Below are positions 1 to 19,762 of a stretch of DNA of 64,000 nucleotides, one piece after another; position 1 is the stretch's first letter; every line of letters starts with the position of its first letter. This DNA is from Phaeosaccion multiseriatum (Eukaryota; Protista; Ochrophyta, other classes): the NCBI GenBank assembly GCA_965112735.1, contig OZ218959.1, forward strand, positions 1,674,001-1,738,000. Reading direction: 5' to 3'. A model generated the notes under the pieces. It made no database searches. It saw nothing but the letters and a program-made list of their open reading frames with translations, and was not told where the DNA came from. A program made the position numbers and the translations under genes.

Positions 1-1
1 G

Positions 2-847
2 CAAACGGCCTTCAACGAGGGCAACAGCCCTGCTTACATTGCCAATGCACGGGCCGGGGCCTCGCAGTTAGGATATCAGTTCTATGTGAGCCGAGTGTCT
101 GTGCAGCAGGCGGAGGAGGAGGATTGCTCGTCGGCCACTTCCCCGCCAGAGGGCAGTGAAGACTATCAGTGCATCGAAATTGAGGTCGACATTGAGAATA
201 GAGGCTCGGCGCCCATCTATTTCGAGGCAGAGATGGAGCTCGAGATTCAAGTTCCTGACTCGGATGCCGTCGTGTTTCCTGTGGGAGGAGACCTGCGATC
301 ACTGCTGCCATCAACAGAAGAAGGAGGAAGCCTGACTACGCTCACCAGCGGAGGTGTGTACATGCGTGTCCAAAGAGAAGTTGCCGCGGACGTGGAAGGA
401 ACAAGCAACAATGTTTCTATTCCTTCTGTGCTGAGCATTCGGTGCTCGCGAGCGTACCCCTCGCGCCCGATTGCTTTTGCCGTAGGGGGCTCGGGGGTGG
501 AAGACCCGGCTAGACTCGCTGTAACCGTCAACGTAACCCCTGCTGCGGCCGCGACAACACAGCCAACGCCGAGCCCCACGGACGGCGAGGAGGAGCAGGA
601 GGAGGAGGAGGAGGAGGAGGAGGACGAGGAGGAGGAAGAAGAAGAAGAAGAAGAAGAAGAAGAAGAAGAAGGGGACGAGGAGGAGCAGGAGGAGGAGGAG
701 GAGGGGGAGGAGGAGGAGGAGGAGGAGGACACAGGCCCTACCTCTGACAATGGAGCGGCAACTTTATATGCTCCCTCTCTGGCTGTGCTGTGGTCGTCGC
801 TGGCCGTGGGGCTGACCGCCATGGCTGCAGTGGGCCGCGTCGACTGA
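2..847 (+). CDS. 5'-partial surface protein with DUF4832-like (putative glycoside-hydrolase-associated) domain, acidic stalk and probable GPI-anchor signal
   Basis: Frame open from window start: ...ASQLGYQFYVSRV...VDIENRGSAPIYF (LGY.F and N.G.AP.Y motifs resemble DUF4832). Followed by a PTPSPT linker, a poly-Glu tract, then SDNG plus a hydrophobic C-terminus (LAVLWSSLAVGLTAMAAV); TGA at 845-847. Confidence 0.6.
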   Translation, partial: QTAFNEGNSPAYIANARAGASQLGYQFYVSRVSVQQAEEEDCSSATSPPEGSEDYQCIEIEVDIENRGSAPIYFEAEMELEIQVPDSDAVVFPVGGDLRSLLPSTEEGGSLTTLTSGGVYMRVQREVAADVEGTSNNVSIPSVLSIRCSRAYPSRPIAFAVGGSGVEDPARLAVTVNVTPAAAATTQPTPSPTDGEEEQEEEEEEEEDEEEEEEEEEEEEEEEGDEEEQEEEEEGEEEEEEEDTGPTSDNGAATLYAPSLAVLWSSLAVGLTAMAAVGRVD

Positions 848-1709
848 GGCTCGACCCCTGACTTGCTACTTGCTCGTGATGGTGTCAGCTGGCCTGCTCC
901 AGGGTCCGGTAGCATGCAGAGACGATTAGGTCAGTGGCACTGCCTTCCACCTCTCCCTCTCTTCCTTGTAAGTAAATGTTTCGTGTTGAAGGGTCGGTTT
1001 CCTTGGAAACTCCGACAGCAAGTGTGGGTGCGTGCAGTGCTTTCGTTCTTGGACGAGGCAATTTTGGGTTACCGTACTTCTGATAGAGAGCAAACAAATG
1101 CAACAGTCACTGTTTTGTTTTGGGCTTTTGGTCTCCTCTGGTAAGCTTGGACGAGAGGAGGAGACAGGACGTCGCTTACGCTTCACGCCAACCGGCTCGC
1201 TGCTGGGCTGGCCCTAGTACGTACGTACATGTGGTAAGTAGCGTGTTCGTTTGTTCGTTCGTTCGTTCGTTCACCTCTCTGTTAAGAACGTTAAAAAGGC
1301 CCCTTCGTGTGACGGCTATCGATCATAATGATAGGCCATGATGATGTCCCTCGATCGACGCACTACCCTGGCAATGGTACACACTGGTGGTACAACTGGT
1401 GGTACACCTCAGCTTCGACAGAGGTGCGCTTCTAAAAGCCGGTCCCCTGTGCAACCACTCTCCCTTGCTTGTCTCTGGCTCACTCTCTCTTCCTCCCTCC
1501 CCCCTCCCTCCCACTGTCGCCTCCCTTCATCCTTCGGGAACGAGAGCAGAAAAGAAATTCCGGGCTCTCACTCTGGGGTCTCAAAGAGAGGGTTGAGTGA
1601 GGTAGAGCAAGTGGGAGCAGGCAGCAAAGCCGTGAGGACAGACAGACAAAGCCAAGTTAATGGCTCTCTCACTCTCTCTCACTCTGCCTCTGCCGACAAG
1701 CTACCTCCT

Positions 1710-3606
1710 TCACCAGTCGTCGCCAAACTCCTCATCATCATCGTCGTCTCCTACGAGGTCAGCGCCAGCCTCTGCCAAAACTGCATCTTCGTCGAAATCA
1801 TCACCAAGGTCGTCTTCATCCGCTGCCGCGGTGGCTGCTGCTGCTGCTGCTGCTTCTGCTGCCGCCGCTGCCTCTGCTTCCGCCTTGGCTTTCGCCTTGG
1901 CCTCCGCCGCTTCTGCTTCCACCTTGGCCCGTGCTTCGGCGGCCCTCCGTTTTGCTTCCGTGGCTGCCTTCTCCCTCGCTGCCTCCGCCCGTCGCTTCGC
2001 CTCTGCTGCTGCCGCTTCCTTAGCCTTGGCCGCTGCTTCAGCCTTGGCAAGCTCCTGGGCCTTCTTCTCCTTCTCCTTCGCTTCCTCCGCCTCCTTGGCC
2101 GCCGCTGCCTCTGCCTTTGCTTTTGAAGCAGCAAGCGCTTCTGCTTCCGCCTCGGCCTTCACCGCAGCAGCAGCAGCAGCAGCCTCAGCCTCGGCAGCCT
2201 CTGCAGCGGCAGCCGCCGCCGCTCCTGCCTCAGCATCGGGCCCTCCTCCGTTGGCCAATACCTCTTCCACCACACCCTCATCAGCGTCCCCTGCGTCTTC
2301 TGTCACCGCTGGAGGAACAGGTGGGACCACTTGTCCATCCCCCCCCCCGACTCCTTCGTCCGCTCCTGCTCCATCCCCCCCCGCCCCCTCCTGATGCCCA
2401 TTCTCCTGCGGCGGTGGTGGCGGCTGCTCCTGCTGCTGCTGTTGCTGTCCCCCTGCTGCCCCTCCCTGCTGCTGGTCCTTGACTAACTGAATAAGGTCCA
2501 GACTGAGGTCATTCTTGGCATCTGGCCACTTGGTCGCCGGTATGGGCTTTCCTCTTTGGGCCTTGAAGAGCTGCTCTACTTGCAGTGCCACCTCAAGGTC
2601 ATCGAACATGTTGGGGTACTTAGATGGGTCTGCCAATGCGTCCGCCGCTTTTGTTGACACCTGCACGAGGAGGAGGAGGAGGAGGGGGAGGAGGAAGTGA
2701 GTCGAAAGACATGTCACAATAATAAGAGTGAGGAGAGGGAGGGGTTACATGGCATCACCCCAACCCCCACCTCTTGATCACCTTCCCAACCACCTACTCG
2801 TCAAACCTCCTTCAGTAAAGACAAGGGACAGGGAGGAAGACAAGACCGAGAGACAGAGAAACAGACAGGCAGGCATGCCCTCGCTCTCCCCTGCCCCTCT
2901 AACCACCCCCATCCACTGCCATATCTCTGCCTCACCTTGCCAAGATCCTTCTTCCACAGCTCCACGAGCCGGGGCACTTCAGAGGGGAGGTACGTGCGTG
3001 CCATAAAGGCCGCCTCCGGTACCCTCCCTGTGTCCAGCAGCAGCTCCAGGCACTCCTCGAGCTTGCCACAGACCAAGAGCGCGACGAAGGCCACGTTGGT
3101 CTTACCCTGCGCAACGGTCGAGGAGGGAGAGGAGGCGGAGGAGCGGAAGGTGAATAGTTAGAATGTCCGGCAGGAGGAAGAGGAGGAGGAGGAGGAGGAG
3201 GGACTGCGTACACTATGTGGATGAGCGGCGTGAAACCCCGATAGAAACGTTTCTCCTCCTTTACTTTTATCCGAAATCAAGCACGCACACACAAAAATAC
3301 ACACGTACGCACGCACGGGATATCTCACGGGATATCTCACCTGCGCTGCGGCCTTCGCTGCCAGCTCAAGCATGCCCTTTGCGTTGCCAGAGCTTGAGTA
3401 CAGCAGCAGCAGCCCGCTGAGGTCGTCGCTTTTGATGGCGCACTTCTCCACCAGGGCCAAGTCACACTTGTTGAGAGCGAGGTCCCCGAGACGCTTCCAC
3501 TTGACCTGCGTGGGTGTGTGTGAGCGTGTGTGTGTGTGTGTGGGGGGGGGGGTTAACATATCAGCAGGACGAGAGGGTCTGGCCCGACTAATCATTTCAC
3601 TCAAAC

Positions 3607-3653
<47 letters not shown>

Positions 3654-5887
3654 GCACGCACCCTCACTTACCTGGGCGTCGAGCGAGCCCATGTCCTCCT
3701 CGCTCATGTCGCTGAGAAACTCCAGCGCAAGGTCCATCCTCTCCAGCTCCAGCGCCAGATCGAACCTGTGGGTAGGGTTAGTTTTTGTTTTTGTTTCAGT
3801 TCAGTGATGGACCCTTCCCTGTTCCCAACACCAATCACTCCTTGAGATATGTTGATATATCGAATGGATTGCTTCGAATTGAATGCGAATGTTTCACACA
3901 GTAGTAGCTATAAACTAGAAAACACATACGAAGTCGCAAACTACCAACCAACCAATCAACCCACTAACCTGTGGTCCGGGTCCGTGGACACCTGCAAGGC
4001 CTCCTCCTTGAAGCCCTGACTCTCCAAAAAGCGTGCCACACTAGTGTACTCAGACTTGGGCACCGAGGGGAGCAACGCATTGGCGGCATCGAAATCCTTG
4101 CGCACCACCGCCGTCTGGTACTGCAAGAGAGACTGCAGCACTCGGTAGGAGAAGACGTTTTGAGCCTTGTCCATCAGATACACCCGGTCCTCCTTGGGTA
4201 GGTACCCCAACATGAACATCTCATGGTCGAGGTGCGCCAGCGTCATGATCTCACCCCCTACATAGTAGTTGAGCCTGCCTGCCTCGTTGGTGTAGAGGAA
4301 GCAGTCCCCCACCCATTGGCCCGTCTTGACGATGCCCTGCATCTCGTGTAAGAGGTCGAAGGCAGACTCCACACCCTCCTCGCTGTCCACAGAGCCTGAG
4401 GTAGTGGAGGAGGAGGAGGAGGAGGAGGAGGAGGAGGAGGAGGAGGGTGATGATGAGAGGTGGGTAAATACGGAAGAGCGCAGGGGGGGCGAGGAGGGGG
4501 GCTAAGAGAATGGAACGAAGGGTACGCAAAGCCATAGCTCTAGTCTCCTCCCCCCCCCCCTTCCCTTCCCCTCTCCCTTAGCCTCTCCCCCCCTCCCTCT
4601 CTCTCAGTCTCTCCTTTTCCCACTCTCTCAGCCTCTCTCCCACTCCTGCCTCAGTCTCTCTCCCCCTCCTGCCTCAGTCTTCCCCCCCCCCTCTCCCTCC
4701 TTCCCTCACTCACCTGTTGCGATGGCAGTCTGCACGATGGAAGCATCGTACTTGAGCACGTAATACGCGTCTTCACACGCCACGAGCACAAGGTCCCCTG
4801 CCTCACTCCAGTGCACGGCAGTGGGCACCACATCGATCTTGCGCACCATTATCCCCTCGGTCTAAAGGCGGGGGGTGGGAGGAGAGGAGAGAGGGCAGGA
4901 GAGAGTACACAGAGGGCATGAGGGGAGGAGGGATGGAGAGGGGAGGGGAGGAAAGGGTGAGGGTGAGGCGAAGAAGGCGAGGCGAGGCGAGGTGGTGTGA
5001 CGTAAGGTGAGGTCCAACCGAAGACGAAGAAAGATAGATTCGGAACCAACACAAGTTCACTCACTCACTCACTCACTCACTCACCCAATCGAAGAAGACA
5101 ATGGACGTGCTCCCCTTGACGCCGAGCACCGCCCCACCAAACAGCCCCTCACAGCTTGAGATGGGCGGCATGAGTGTGTGCACTTCAGTGAAGTTACGGA
5201 ATATCTTCACACGACTGCAAGAGGGCGGGAGTGAGGTGGAGAGAGGGAGAGGGAGAGTCAGAGAGGGAGGGAAGCAGGGAGTGAGTGGGTGAGAGAGTGA
5301 TCTGAGTGGGTGAGTGAATGCGTGAGTGGGTGGGTGAGTGCGTGAGACTGACCTGATACTCTCCGTTATTGCGTAGTCCCCGGTGCCCACACTCGACCAA
5401 ACAAACTCAATTGCGCTCCCGAAACTCTTGTTCCGGAGAGCCTGGTTGGTTGGAGGGGAGAGGGAAGGCGTGTGAGAGAGCCATCTCCTGCATATATCGT
5501 AGCACTAACGACAACGTATATTCTCCTTCCCGCATGCACACGCACCCACACCCACACCCCCCCACCCACCAACCTACCCACACTCACACAACCCCCGCCA
5601 CAAACACACGCACCCACACACCTGCGAGGTGTAGATGACGTACTCCCCGTCCCCGCACACCACGAGGAATCGCCCGTTACAGTTGTGCTTGAGTGCCTGA
5701 GGGAAGAGCTCGGTGTTACCAAGGTCCTTCCCGGAGATGGGCACTGGCTCACCATCGCCGTGGTCGGAGGCGGACGCGTCGACAAGACCCTTGAAGCTGC
5801 ATGTCTAAGCTCAGTCAGAGTTGGGCAGGGGAGAGGAGGGAAGGGGAGAGGAGAGCGTTGAGGGGGGGAGAAAAGGGGGCAGACCGA

Positions 5888-5918
<31 letters not shown>

Positions 5919-8900
5919 GGGGAGAGAGGGAGAGAGAAGAGAAGGACCGAGAGAGGATAGAGATACCACTGACTACTCTCACTATTGACCACTGACCTGA
6001 ATCTCAGTGTTGTTAGCCCACACCAGCTTGCCCGTGTTTGTGTCTAGCGAGGCCACAGGCTCATCCTGGCCAAGCTTCAGACATACTGTACCGTCGTCGA
6101 AGCCTGTCCAAAGGAGAAACAACAGTGTTACAATAGGGGACCTCTTTGCTCTCCCTCCTCCTCTTACTCTTTCTCTTACTGATGCATCATCCCCAAGGAA
6201 CACACGCCATGGCACTCTCACCCGCACTCACACACGCTACGCACGCACACACGCCACCCACACACGCCCTCACGCCACGCACTCACTCACCGATAGCAAG
6301 CTCATTGGAGCCGATGGGGGCCGCCAACGACCACACCCTCTCCATGCCGTAGTTCAAAGTGGTCTCGTGTCGGTAAGTGGTGGTGTGCCAGATGCGCACC
6401 GTGCCGTCCTCGGAGCCCGACAGGAGGATGGGCAGGCGGGCGTGGAACAGCACGGCAGACACGTTGTTGGTGTGCCCCTCCAGTGTCTGCGGGGTGGGGC
6501 AGGCGGAGGAGGAGGAGGAGGAGGAGGAGGAGGAGGTGGAGGAGGAGGAGGAGGTGGTGGTGGAGGAGGAGGAGGAGGAGGAGGAGGAGGAGGAAGTGGG
6601 GCAGGGGGGTGGAGTGGGGTGGGGAGGGATGGGGTAGGGTGGGTCGAAGGGGGAGGGGCGGGAGGAAGAGGAGGAGGCATATGGGCAGGCATGCAGGTGT
6701 GCGCGTGAGATACGGGGAGGGAGGAAGGGAGACAGAGAGAGGGAGACAAAGCGGAAAAGGGGCAAAGCTCGCTCCTCTTGTTCGCCTTCCCTTTGCACCC
6801 AACTTTTGGATGCACGCATACACGCACGCACCTGCACACAGGTCTTGGTTTGGTAGTCCCAAATCTTGATGGTCTTGTCATCGGCACCGGACAGCAAGTA
6901 GGGCTTATCCCCTCCCGGGTAATAGTCGATGCAGTTCACGCCCTGAGCAAGTGAGGTGAGGGGAGGGGAAGGGGGTGTCCAGTCCAAAGCGATAACGGGG
7001 GGGTGGGGGGGGGGGGAGATACGATGCATGAGACAGACTGCATGAGTGACTTGACTGAGGAAGTGACTGACAGACTGAGTGAGTGAGTGAGTGACTTGGA
7101 ACTGAGTCAGGGACTGATTGAGTGTTGAGTGCCCGAGTTACCGACTGACTGACTGTGATACAATGACGTGATAGACTTGCTGTTCCAGCTCCAATGACGC
7201 ATGCGGGCACACACATACACACGCACACACATACGCAAGCACACACAACACACACGCACACGCACACACATACACATGCACGCACCACACACACACACAC
7301 ACACACACGCACCTTGTCGTGGGCGTCGAGAGAGAAGTGCGGCGTAACGGCCCCCAGGCCCCACACCTTGACTGAGCGGTCCAGAGAGGCCGAGGCGAAG
7401 GTGTTGGAGTCCTTCAAATTGAACTTGACCATCATCACGTAGTGCGTGTGGCCCTCAAACACCTGCGGCGGTAAGGAGGAGGAGGAGGGAGGAGGAGGAG
7501 GAGGAGGAGGAGGAAGAGGAGGAGGAAGAGAAAGAGGAGGAGAAACAGGCGGAAGAGGAGGAGGAGGAGGAGGAGGAGGAGGAGGAGGAGGAGGAGGAGG
7601 AGGAGGCTCTAGTTAAGTAGTGGGAGATGAAAGCAATAAACAAAGGCCCCCACCCACCCACGCACGCATGCACGCACCCACCTGCAGGCAGTCCCATCCG
7701 TGCTCCCAGTCCCACAGCTTGATGGACGTGTCGTCGGAGCAAGACATGACGTGCGGCAAAGTGGGGTGGACCTCGAGGAAGCGAATGTAGTCCGTGTGGG
7801 CCTCCCACTCGTGGATCTGGCCGGGTGGGGTGGGGTGGGTGAGGGGGTGAGTGATGTCTGACGAGTGTGAGGAGTGAAAATTTCGATTTGGCTGCTAAAC
7901 AGGCAGGGACGGTAAGTAAGCACGCAAGAGATTTCGTTATGGGGCAGTAGAGAGAGAGACAGCGTAGTGTACCTTCTCCATGGTATTGTAGTTGTACACC
8001 CGCATGGTCATGTCGTCGCTCGCTGTGACGAACATTTGCTTGCGGACGATGAACTTGGCGCAGCGGACGGGCAGCTGGCATACTTCAAAGCTCTTCACCA
8101 GAGAGCTCGACTGAATATATGATAGAATAGAAGGAGTGTGTGCGCGCGTGTGTGTGTTGGGGGGGGGGCGACGCGAGGACAGCGCGGCAGGGCAGAGCAG
8201 ACAAGAGGCAGTAGTACAGCGGGGACAAGAAAAGGAGAGCAGACAGAGACAGTGGGGCAGGGAGGAGGGAAGGAGCTCCGTTAGTGTGCGCATTGGTCAT
8301 CCGCGCCTCCTGCAGTCGTCGCCACAGCACTAGCCGTGCCCCTCCCTATCTTTTTTCGGCGTGTACAATGACAGTTTGTCATGGATTTCCTCCACACTCT
8401 GACACCATGAGACCTCGTCGCTTGTCTTTCCTCTGCCTTGGTCTGACCGACCGCCCATCCTACAGTTCAGGAGCGGGGACTACCGAGCGACAACACAATC
8501 TATGAAGTCGAGTCCGTTCCAATGCATTGCAAAGACTCTAATGGAGCTGGCTGACTCTCATCTACAGATAGGACTGAATGAAGGCAAAACGCAAAAGCAT
8601 ACCTACCTCATAATCCCAAATGAAGACGTTTCCATTGTACAGCGCGGACAGCACCCACGGCTCTGTGGGGTGGATCTCGACACTCTTTACTCGCTCCGAC
8701 CGCGAGGTGAGCTTCTTCTTAATCTCCAAACGCAGCGGCTGAGAGGAGGGAGACGTCACAGTAGGGCACCACGTGGAGTGGGGGGGGGGGCTGTCAAGAC
8801 GAGCGTGAGCAAGAAGAGGGGGAGGCAAAACAAACAACTTGCCCTCCGGTCTATGCTCCGTGGCTAAGACAACAGTGGCAGTGACGTTACCCCATGTCCT

Positions 8901-9411
8901 TATAAAGTCCTTTGGGTGCCGTGGGCAACTTTGCAGCAGCCTTAGGCCAGGGGCGTGGGGACTAAGTGCCTGAAGTGCTGCTGCTGCTCTCCACGCTGCT
9001 CTGTATCATTCTCAGTGCAAAGAGATTTCCTCCATGCTCTGCACACAAGCATCTAACCAAAGGATGGCCACAACCGCAGTCCAGAGGAAGTGCTTGCCGA
9101 GGCATCATCCGCATCATCGCCCACCGGCCAGCTGCTCCGGCATGGCGGAAGAAATACTCATACTCGAGGGAAAAGCCCCTCTGGGGGCGTAGCCTGCAGA
9201 CCACCGAACGTGCTGAACTCCCTCGATGCCACACCATGCCAATCCCCGCCCCTCATCCTCCCAAATCTCTCCTTTTCCATCTTAAAGCATGTTCCCTTCC
9301 TTGTTCCTCAGCCCAACACCTGCCCTCAGTGCCACTTTAGTTGCGCTCCCGCTCATCTCTTCCTCCAAGAAAACGCATGCACGTTGCGATCATTCTCCCC
9401 CACCTTACCAT
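1710..9411 (-). CDS. COPB2: Coatomer subunit beta' (WD40), multi-exon, with long Ala/Glu/Lys-rich and acidic C-terminal extension
   Basis: Exons give (M)[131 protein letters not shown]. The first exon is inferred to be ATG only (9411-9409, followed by GTAAGG), joined to the acceptor at 8738. Stop at 1710-1712. Confidence 0.95.
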
Positions 9412-9583
9412 GTTATCCGGCAGCGACGAGGTCCACTGCTCCTCCCCCTCCTGCTCTCTATGCTCTTCTCTCTCTCTCAAGTTTAGCAACTCGAACCCGA
9501 GGGGGCTGAAAGTCCTGACACCAGCTACTCTTCAATCAAAATAATAATAGCACCTCGGCAGCAGACCAAAGAGCAAGAAAGAG
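9412..9583. promoter_or_regulatory. Probable compact bidirectional promoter between COPB2 and ArgRS
   Basis: Inferred start codons diverge only ~170 bp apart (9411 minus, 9584 plus). Confidence 0.5.
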
Positions 9584-15943
<6,360 letters not shown>

Positions 15944-17174
15944 CGAGGAAGAGGCATGGAGAGAAGAGAGGAAAGGAGTAGCTATGCCACACGACAAGAG
16001 AGGGCAATGTTTTTTCTTGACTTATACGATAAGAGAGAGCTCAGTGAGGTGAGGGAGATAGAGAGGCGAGGGAGCGCGGCGGCGGAGGCGGGGCGGCGGG
16101 GGGGGGGTTATCACTGAAGGATGAGCTATTCTATGCTTGGTTTGTATGCATGTATACTCGTTCTTTCTTTCGGGGACAGAAAGACTGCTTGGTGATGGTG
16201 ATGGTTTGTGTTGGAGGGCTGCTTTTTGCCTTTTGGTTTCAAAGGCTGTTCTTGCATCGACAAATGATACATAAAGAGGAGAAAAGTGGCAATGCAAGCT
16301 GTCGGGGGTACTACAGTACATCAATCAGTGTCTCCAGCCCCAAGAGTTCCTGCTTCTTCCTTCTTCCGTTGGTGTCTCTCTCTCTCTGGGAGGGGAGAGG
16401 AGGCGGGAGGGAAGGGGGAGATGACCACCTTCTCTGCTTACTGTGGCGGTGCGAGAACCGGTGGTTGGTTGGAAAGTTTGTATTTTTCATTTTCTATACA
16501 CACATACTTAACTCGGTCGTGGCCAAAACAGGGAGTAAGCACACACAAACAACAAAAGGGGGTGGATGGATGGAGGGGTGGAGAGATACAGAAGTCCCTG
16601 CAGCGGCCAATGAGTAAGCAAGCTTGCCTCCACCCCCTCCGCTCTATACAGCTTGCATCAGTACGTTCGAATGAAAGCTGCACCTACACACACAGACACA
16701 CATCCCTGCCTTGCTGGGCTCTCGCCTCTCCTCGCCTCGCCTCGCACCCTCTCCACCACGCACGCACGCACACACACGCACACGCGCCTACCAGCACTAT
16801 CACATTAACTCGCCAACCCCCCCCCTCTCCTCTTCATCTGTCGATTCCGCCTTCCTTCTCATCTCTCTTGGTCGCGCTTCTCTCGCCTCCTGTGCCTTCC
16901 CAGGATTCATGTCTGGCTGTATGCTGCGACCTTCCATCCGACTAGCTGCCCCTTAGAAGGTCAGCATGCACAGCACACAGGCTGACAATGGCTGATTTCT
17001 TCTCCTCCAACTCGGCAGAGTAGCAGCAGCAGCGGCAAAAGCAAGTGCCTAGCATAAATCTAGCCCATAGCCCATCCTCCGTCCCTCGGGAACAACAACG
17101 GCCCATCTCACGATTACCGCTCTCTCCTCGCCATTCCTTGCCTTCTCGGCGTTGCTTCTCTCTCCCCTCCTCTA

Positions 17175-17893
17175 CTACCCTTGCAGCTGCTGCTGCTGCT
17201 GCTGCTGGCCCTCCTGCTTGGTAATGGGCAGGAAGAGCTTGAACTCTGGCGGGAGCTCCTCCTCCGAGTACAGGCGGTCGCTAAAGTAGATTCTTCGGAC
17301 GCGACAGTTGGCGTGAATCTGCACTCGCAGCGTCTCAATGTAGTTGGTGCCGTAGGCTCGGCGGGTGAAGTCACTGAGGTTGAATTGAATCTGGTTCCAG
17401 CCCTCATCCAGTCGCATTGGCATGGTGCAAATGAACGGCTTGACTCGGGTCGTGCTCTGATAGTTAGAGGCCCTGAACCTTCGGCGAACATTCTTGTCGT
17501 CCAACACTTGTACCTCAAAGGTGAAGTACTTCTTGAGGTTCTTTAGGATCATCACCAGGAAGGGTAGCTTGATGCCCAGTGTCTTGCCCGCCTCCGCCGG
17601 ACAGGTGATGTAGGTGGTGGACACGTTGGTGCCTACAATCTCCAGCACGGAGGACTGAATGTCCTGGTCGGTGATGCGCTTGATGTGCCCATTGCGGACC
17701 TTCTTGTCCCAGATCTGCAGAGGCTTGGAGCTGTGGTGGAGGGAGGCGACGGGCGGGTAGAAGAAGCAAGAAGAAGGAAAAGGACAAGAAGAAGAAGAGC
17801 AGCGAGAGCGCAGCGGGGGGGGGGGAGAAGGAAGAAGTGAGAATTGTGGGAGTTTGAGGAGGAAGGAAGGCGGGGAATGGAGAAGGACGAAAA

Positions 17894-17926
<33 letters not shown>

Positions 17927-18289
17927 ACCCCACCGCAAAGAGCATGTGCTCTGAGCGGCTATCTCTCTCCGTCTTGCCTGAGCAGAGGCGCCAATAGGGG
18001 CTAGTACAAGCCCCACACGGTGACCCCCCCTTCCCATCTCACCCTCTCTTCTCCTTCTCTTTCCCCCCTCCCTTGTCGGATGCAAAGCCAAAGAGCCTTT
18101 GCGGCACGTCGACTTTTCACTATCGAAGACTTTCTCTGCTCATCACCACGCTACCGGACCGCCATCGCAACCTCCTTTACGAAACTCTATGAAACCTGTC
18201 CACCCCTCTCCCCCCCCCAGCCCTCACTCAACTCACCCAATGCTATAGAGGATGGAGAGGAAACCCGACTGAAAGGTATTCCTGAACAT
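17175..18289 (-). CDS. CFAP20: Cilia- and flagella-associated protein 20 (BUG22/GTL3), 2 exons (18289-18237, 17730-17175), poly-Q tail
   Basis: [18 protein letters not shown]|[21 protein letters not shown]...[42 protein letters not shown]...[31 protein letters not shown]. Confidence 0.97.
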
Positions 18290-19324
18290 GACGGGACTAC
18301 TCTCGTTGCTGCCGCAGCTGCGGCGGCGGCTGCTGCTGCTGACGGCCCCCGCTCGTGTGGCTCCAGGGAAACGGACTACCAAGGCGAGAAGGCGTTCAAG
18401 GGCGGTTGCGGGAAAGGGGGGGGCTGGGGACACCAAGGCCAACGCCGAACACCTCACCGTAATCGAAGAGAGACTTCACCCTCTACTACAGTAGCTTGTA
18501 GGATGCGTCGCATGTAGATGGAGTACAGAGCTCCTTCCCCAGCGTCGTTTCAGGGGGTTCCAGTTTCCGCTTTCGACCAGTTAGAGTCCTACGGTGTCAG
18601 CCCCCTGGGTTTTTCCAACATTTGTGATTTCGCTCGTAGCATGCATGCGTCGACCACAGCCTGTGCTCCAACGCCTTGCCGTAGGCACTTCCCTCCCTCC
18701 CTCCGCGCCACACCACGCCGTCACAACTGAACCAGCCAAGTCTCGCTCGTACGCCCCCTCAACTTTGAACCCTTGCTTGGCTGCTTCTCGATTTGTGATG
18801 TCGAAGTGCTGGCTGATCCATACACTTGCAGTGAATGATGGATCGACCCCTGACGTGCTCTCTGGTACCGCCAAAACACCAGCCGGCGTGCTACATGCTA
18901 CCGGCCGGCGACCAGTAGAGGCAGGCAGAGGCCCGATAGCATGCTACCGGCCGAGAAGCAATGGGTCGGTAGTGTAAGCTCCCGAGCCAGCCAGGGCAGT
19001 GGCGACCCTTCTCGGAACAGCTCTCAGCAACCACCTAGTGGTCTACTGCTCACTCCAACCCTCCTACAAGTGACGTAGAAGATATGTGGATGTAAAGTGA
19101 TGAGGGAAGTGAGAGACGCGCTACACCACCCTTCACTTATTTCTTGTCCTGACACCTGTCCTAGTGCCTTGCTTTTCCCTTTGTCCTTGTTCCTTCCCTT
19201 GCCTCTCTCGCCTACTTGCCACTGACCAAAACCACCCGACCATAGACCGAAACCACCCGCATTAACCCGAAATAGACCCTTTCGACCTCAAATATCGATG
19301 TCCTTGCCATACACCTACAGTAGC

Positions 19325-19435
19325 ACGTTCAACCCCTCATTTCTCGATAGCGCGCCATCGGGCCCCGGGGGGCCGGATAGCGCGCCGGCGATAGGCCTCG
19401 CGGATAGCGGATAGTGTATCAGGGGTTGAGCACGT
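19325..19435. repeat. Small MITE-like inverted-repeat element
   Basis: ACGT-TCAACCCCT ... AGGGGTTGA-GC-ACGT ends; internal GATAG(CGCGCC) repeats. Confidence 0.35.
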
Positions 19436-19762
19436 CAGCCAGGGAGTAACCAGCTAAAAGTCTCCTCAGGAGTGGCAGTGTTGTCTTTATTATACAGGAC
19501 ATACGATCGTACCTAATTGTATACATACAACAAAAGTTCTACTTTTTGACAGTTCATAAGACACTTCTCTATAGCTAAGGGAAGGGAAAGGAGGGAAGGG
19601 GGGAAAAGCCTGACCCGCCCCCCATACGCTCTTCAAACACGCGATTCACCCGGACAGCACCAGCCAACAGACAGCTTGTCTGATGGGGCTCTCTTTATCT
19701 CTCTCTCTCGCTCTCTCTCTCTCTGTGCGTGCGTGAGTGTGTATGCGTTGCTTGTCTGAGAC

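Noticed and set aside
8889-8895. Alternative COPB2 start ATGGG|GTAAC
   Set aside because: Phase incompatible with the acceptor at 8738; ATG|GTAAGG at 9411 fits.
18518-18977. Short ORFs and C/D-box-like words upstream of CFAP20
   Set aside because: No recognisable domain, no convincing splice chain, and box motifs are non-canonical without a terminal stem.
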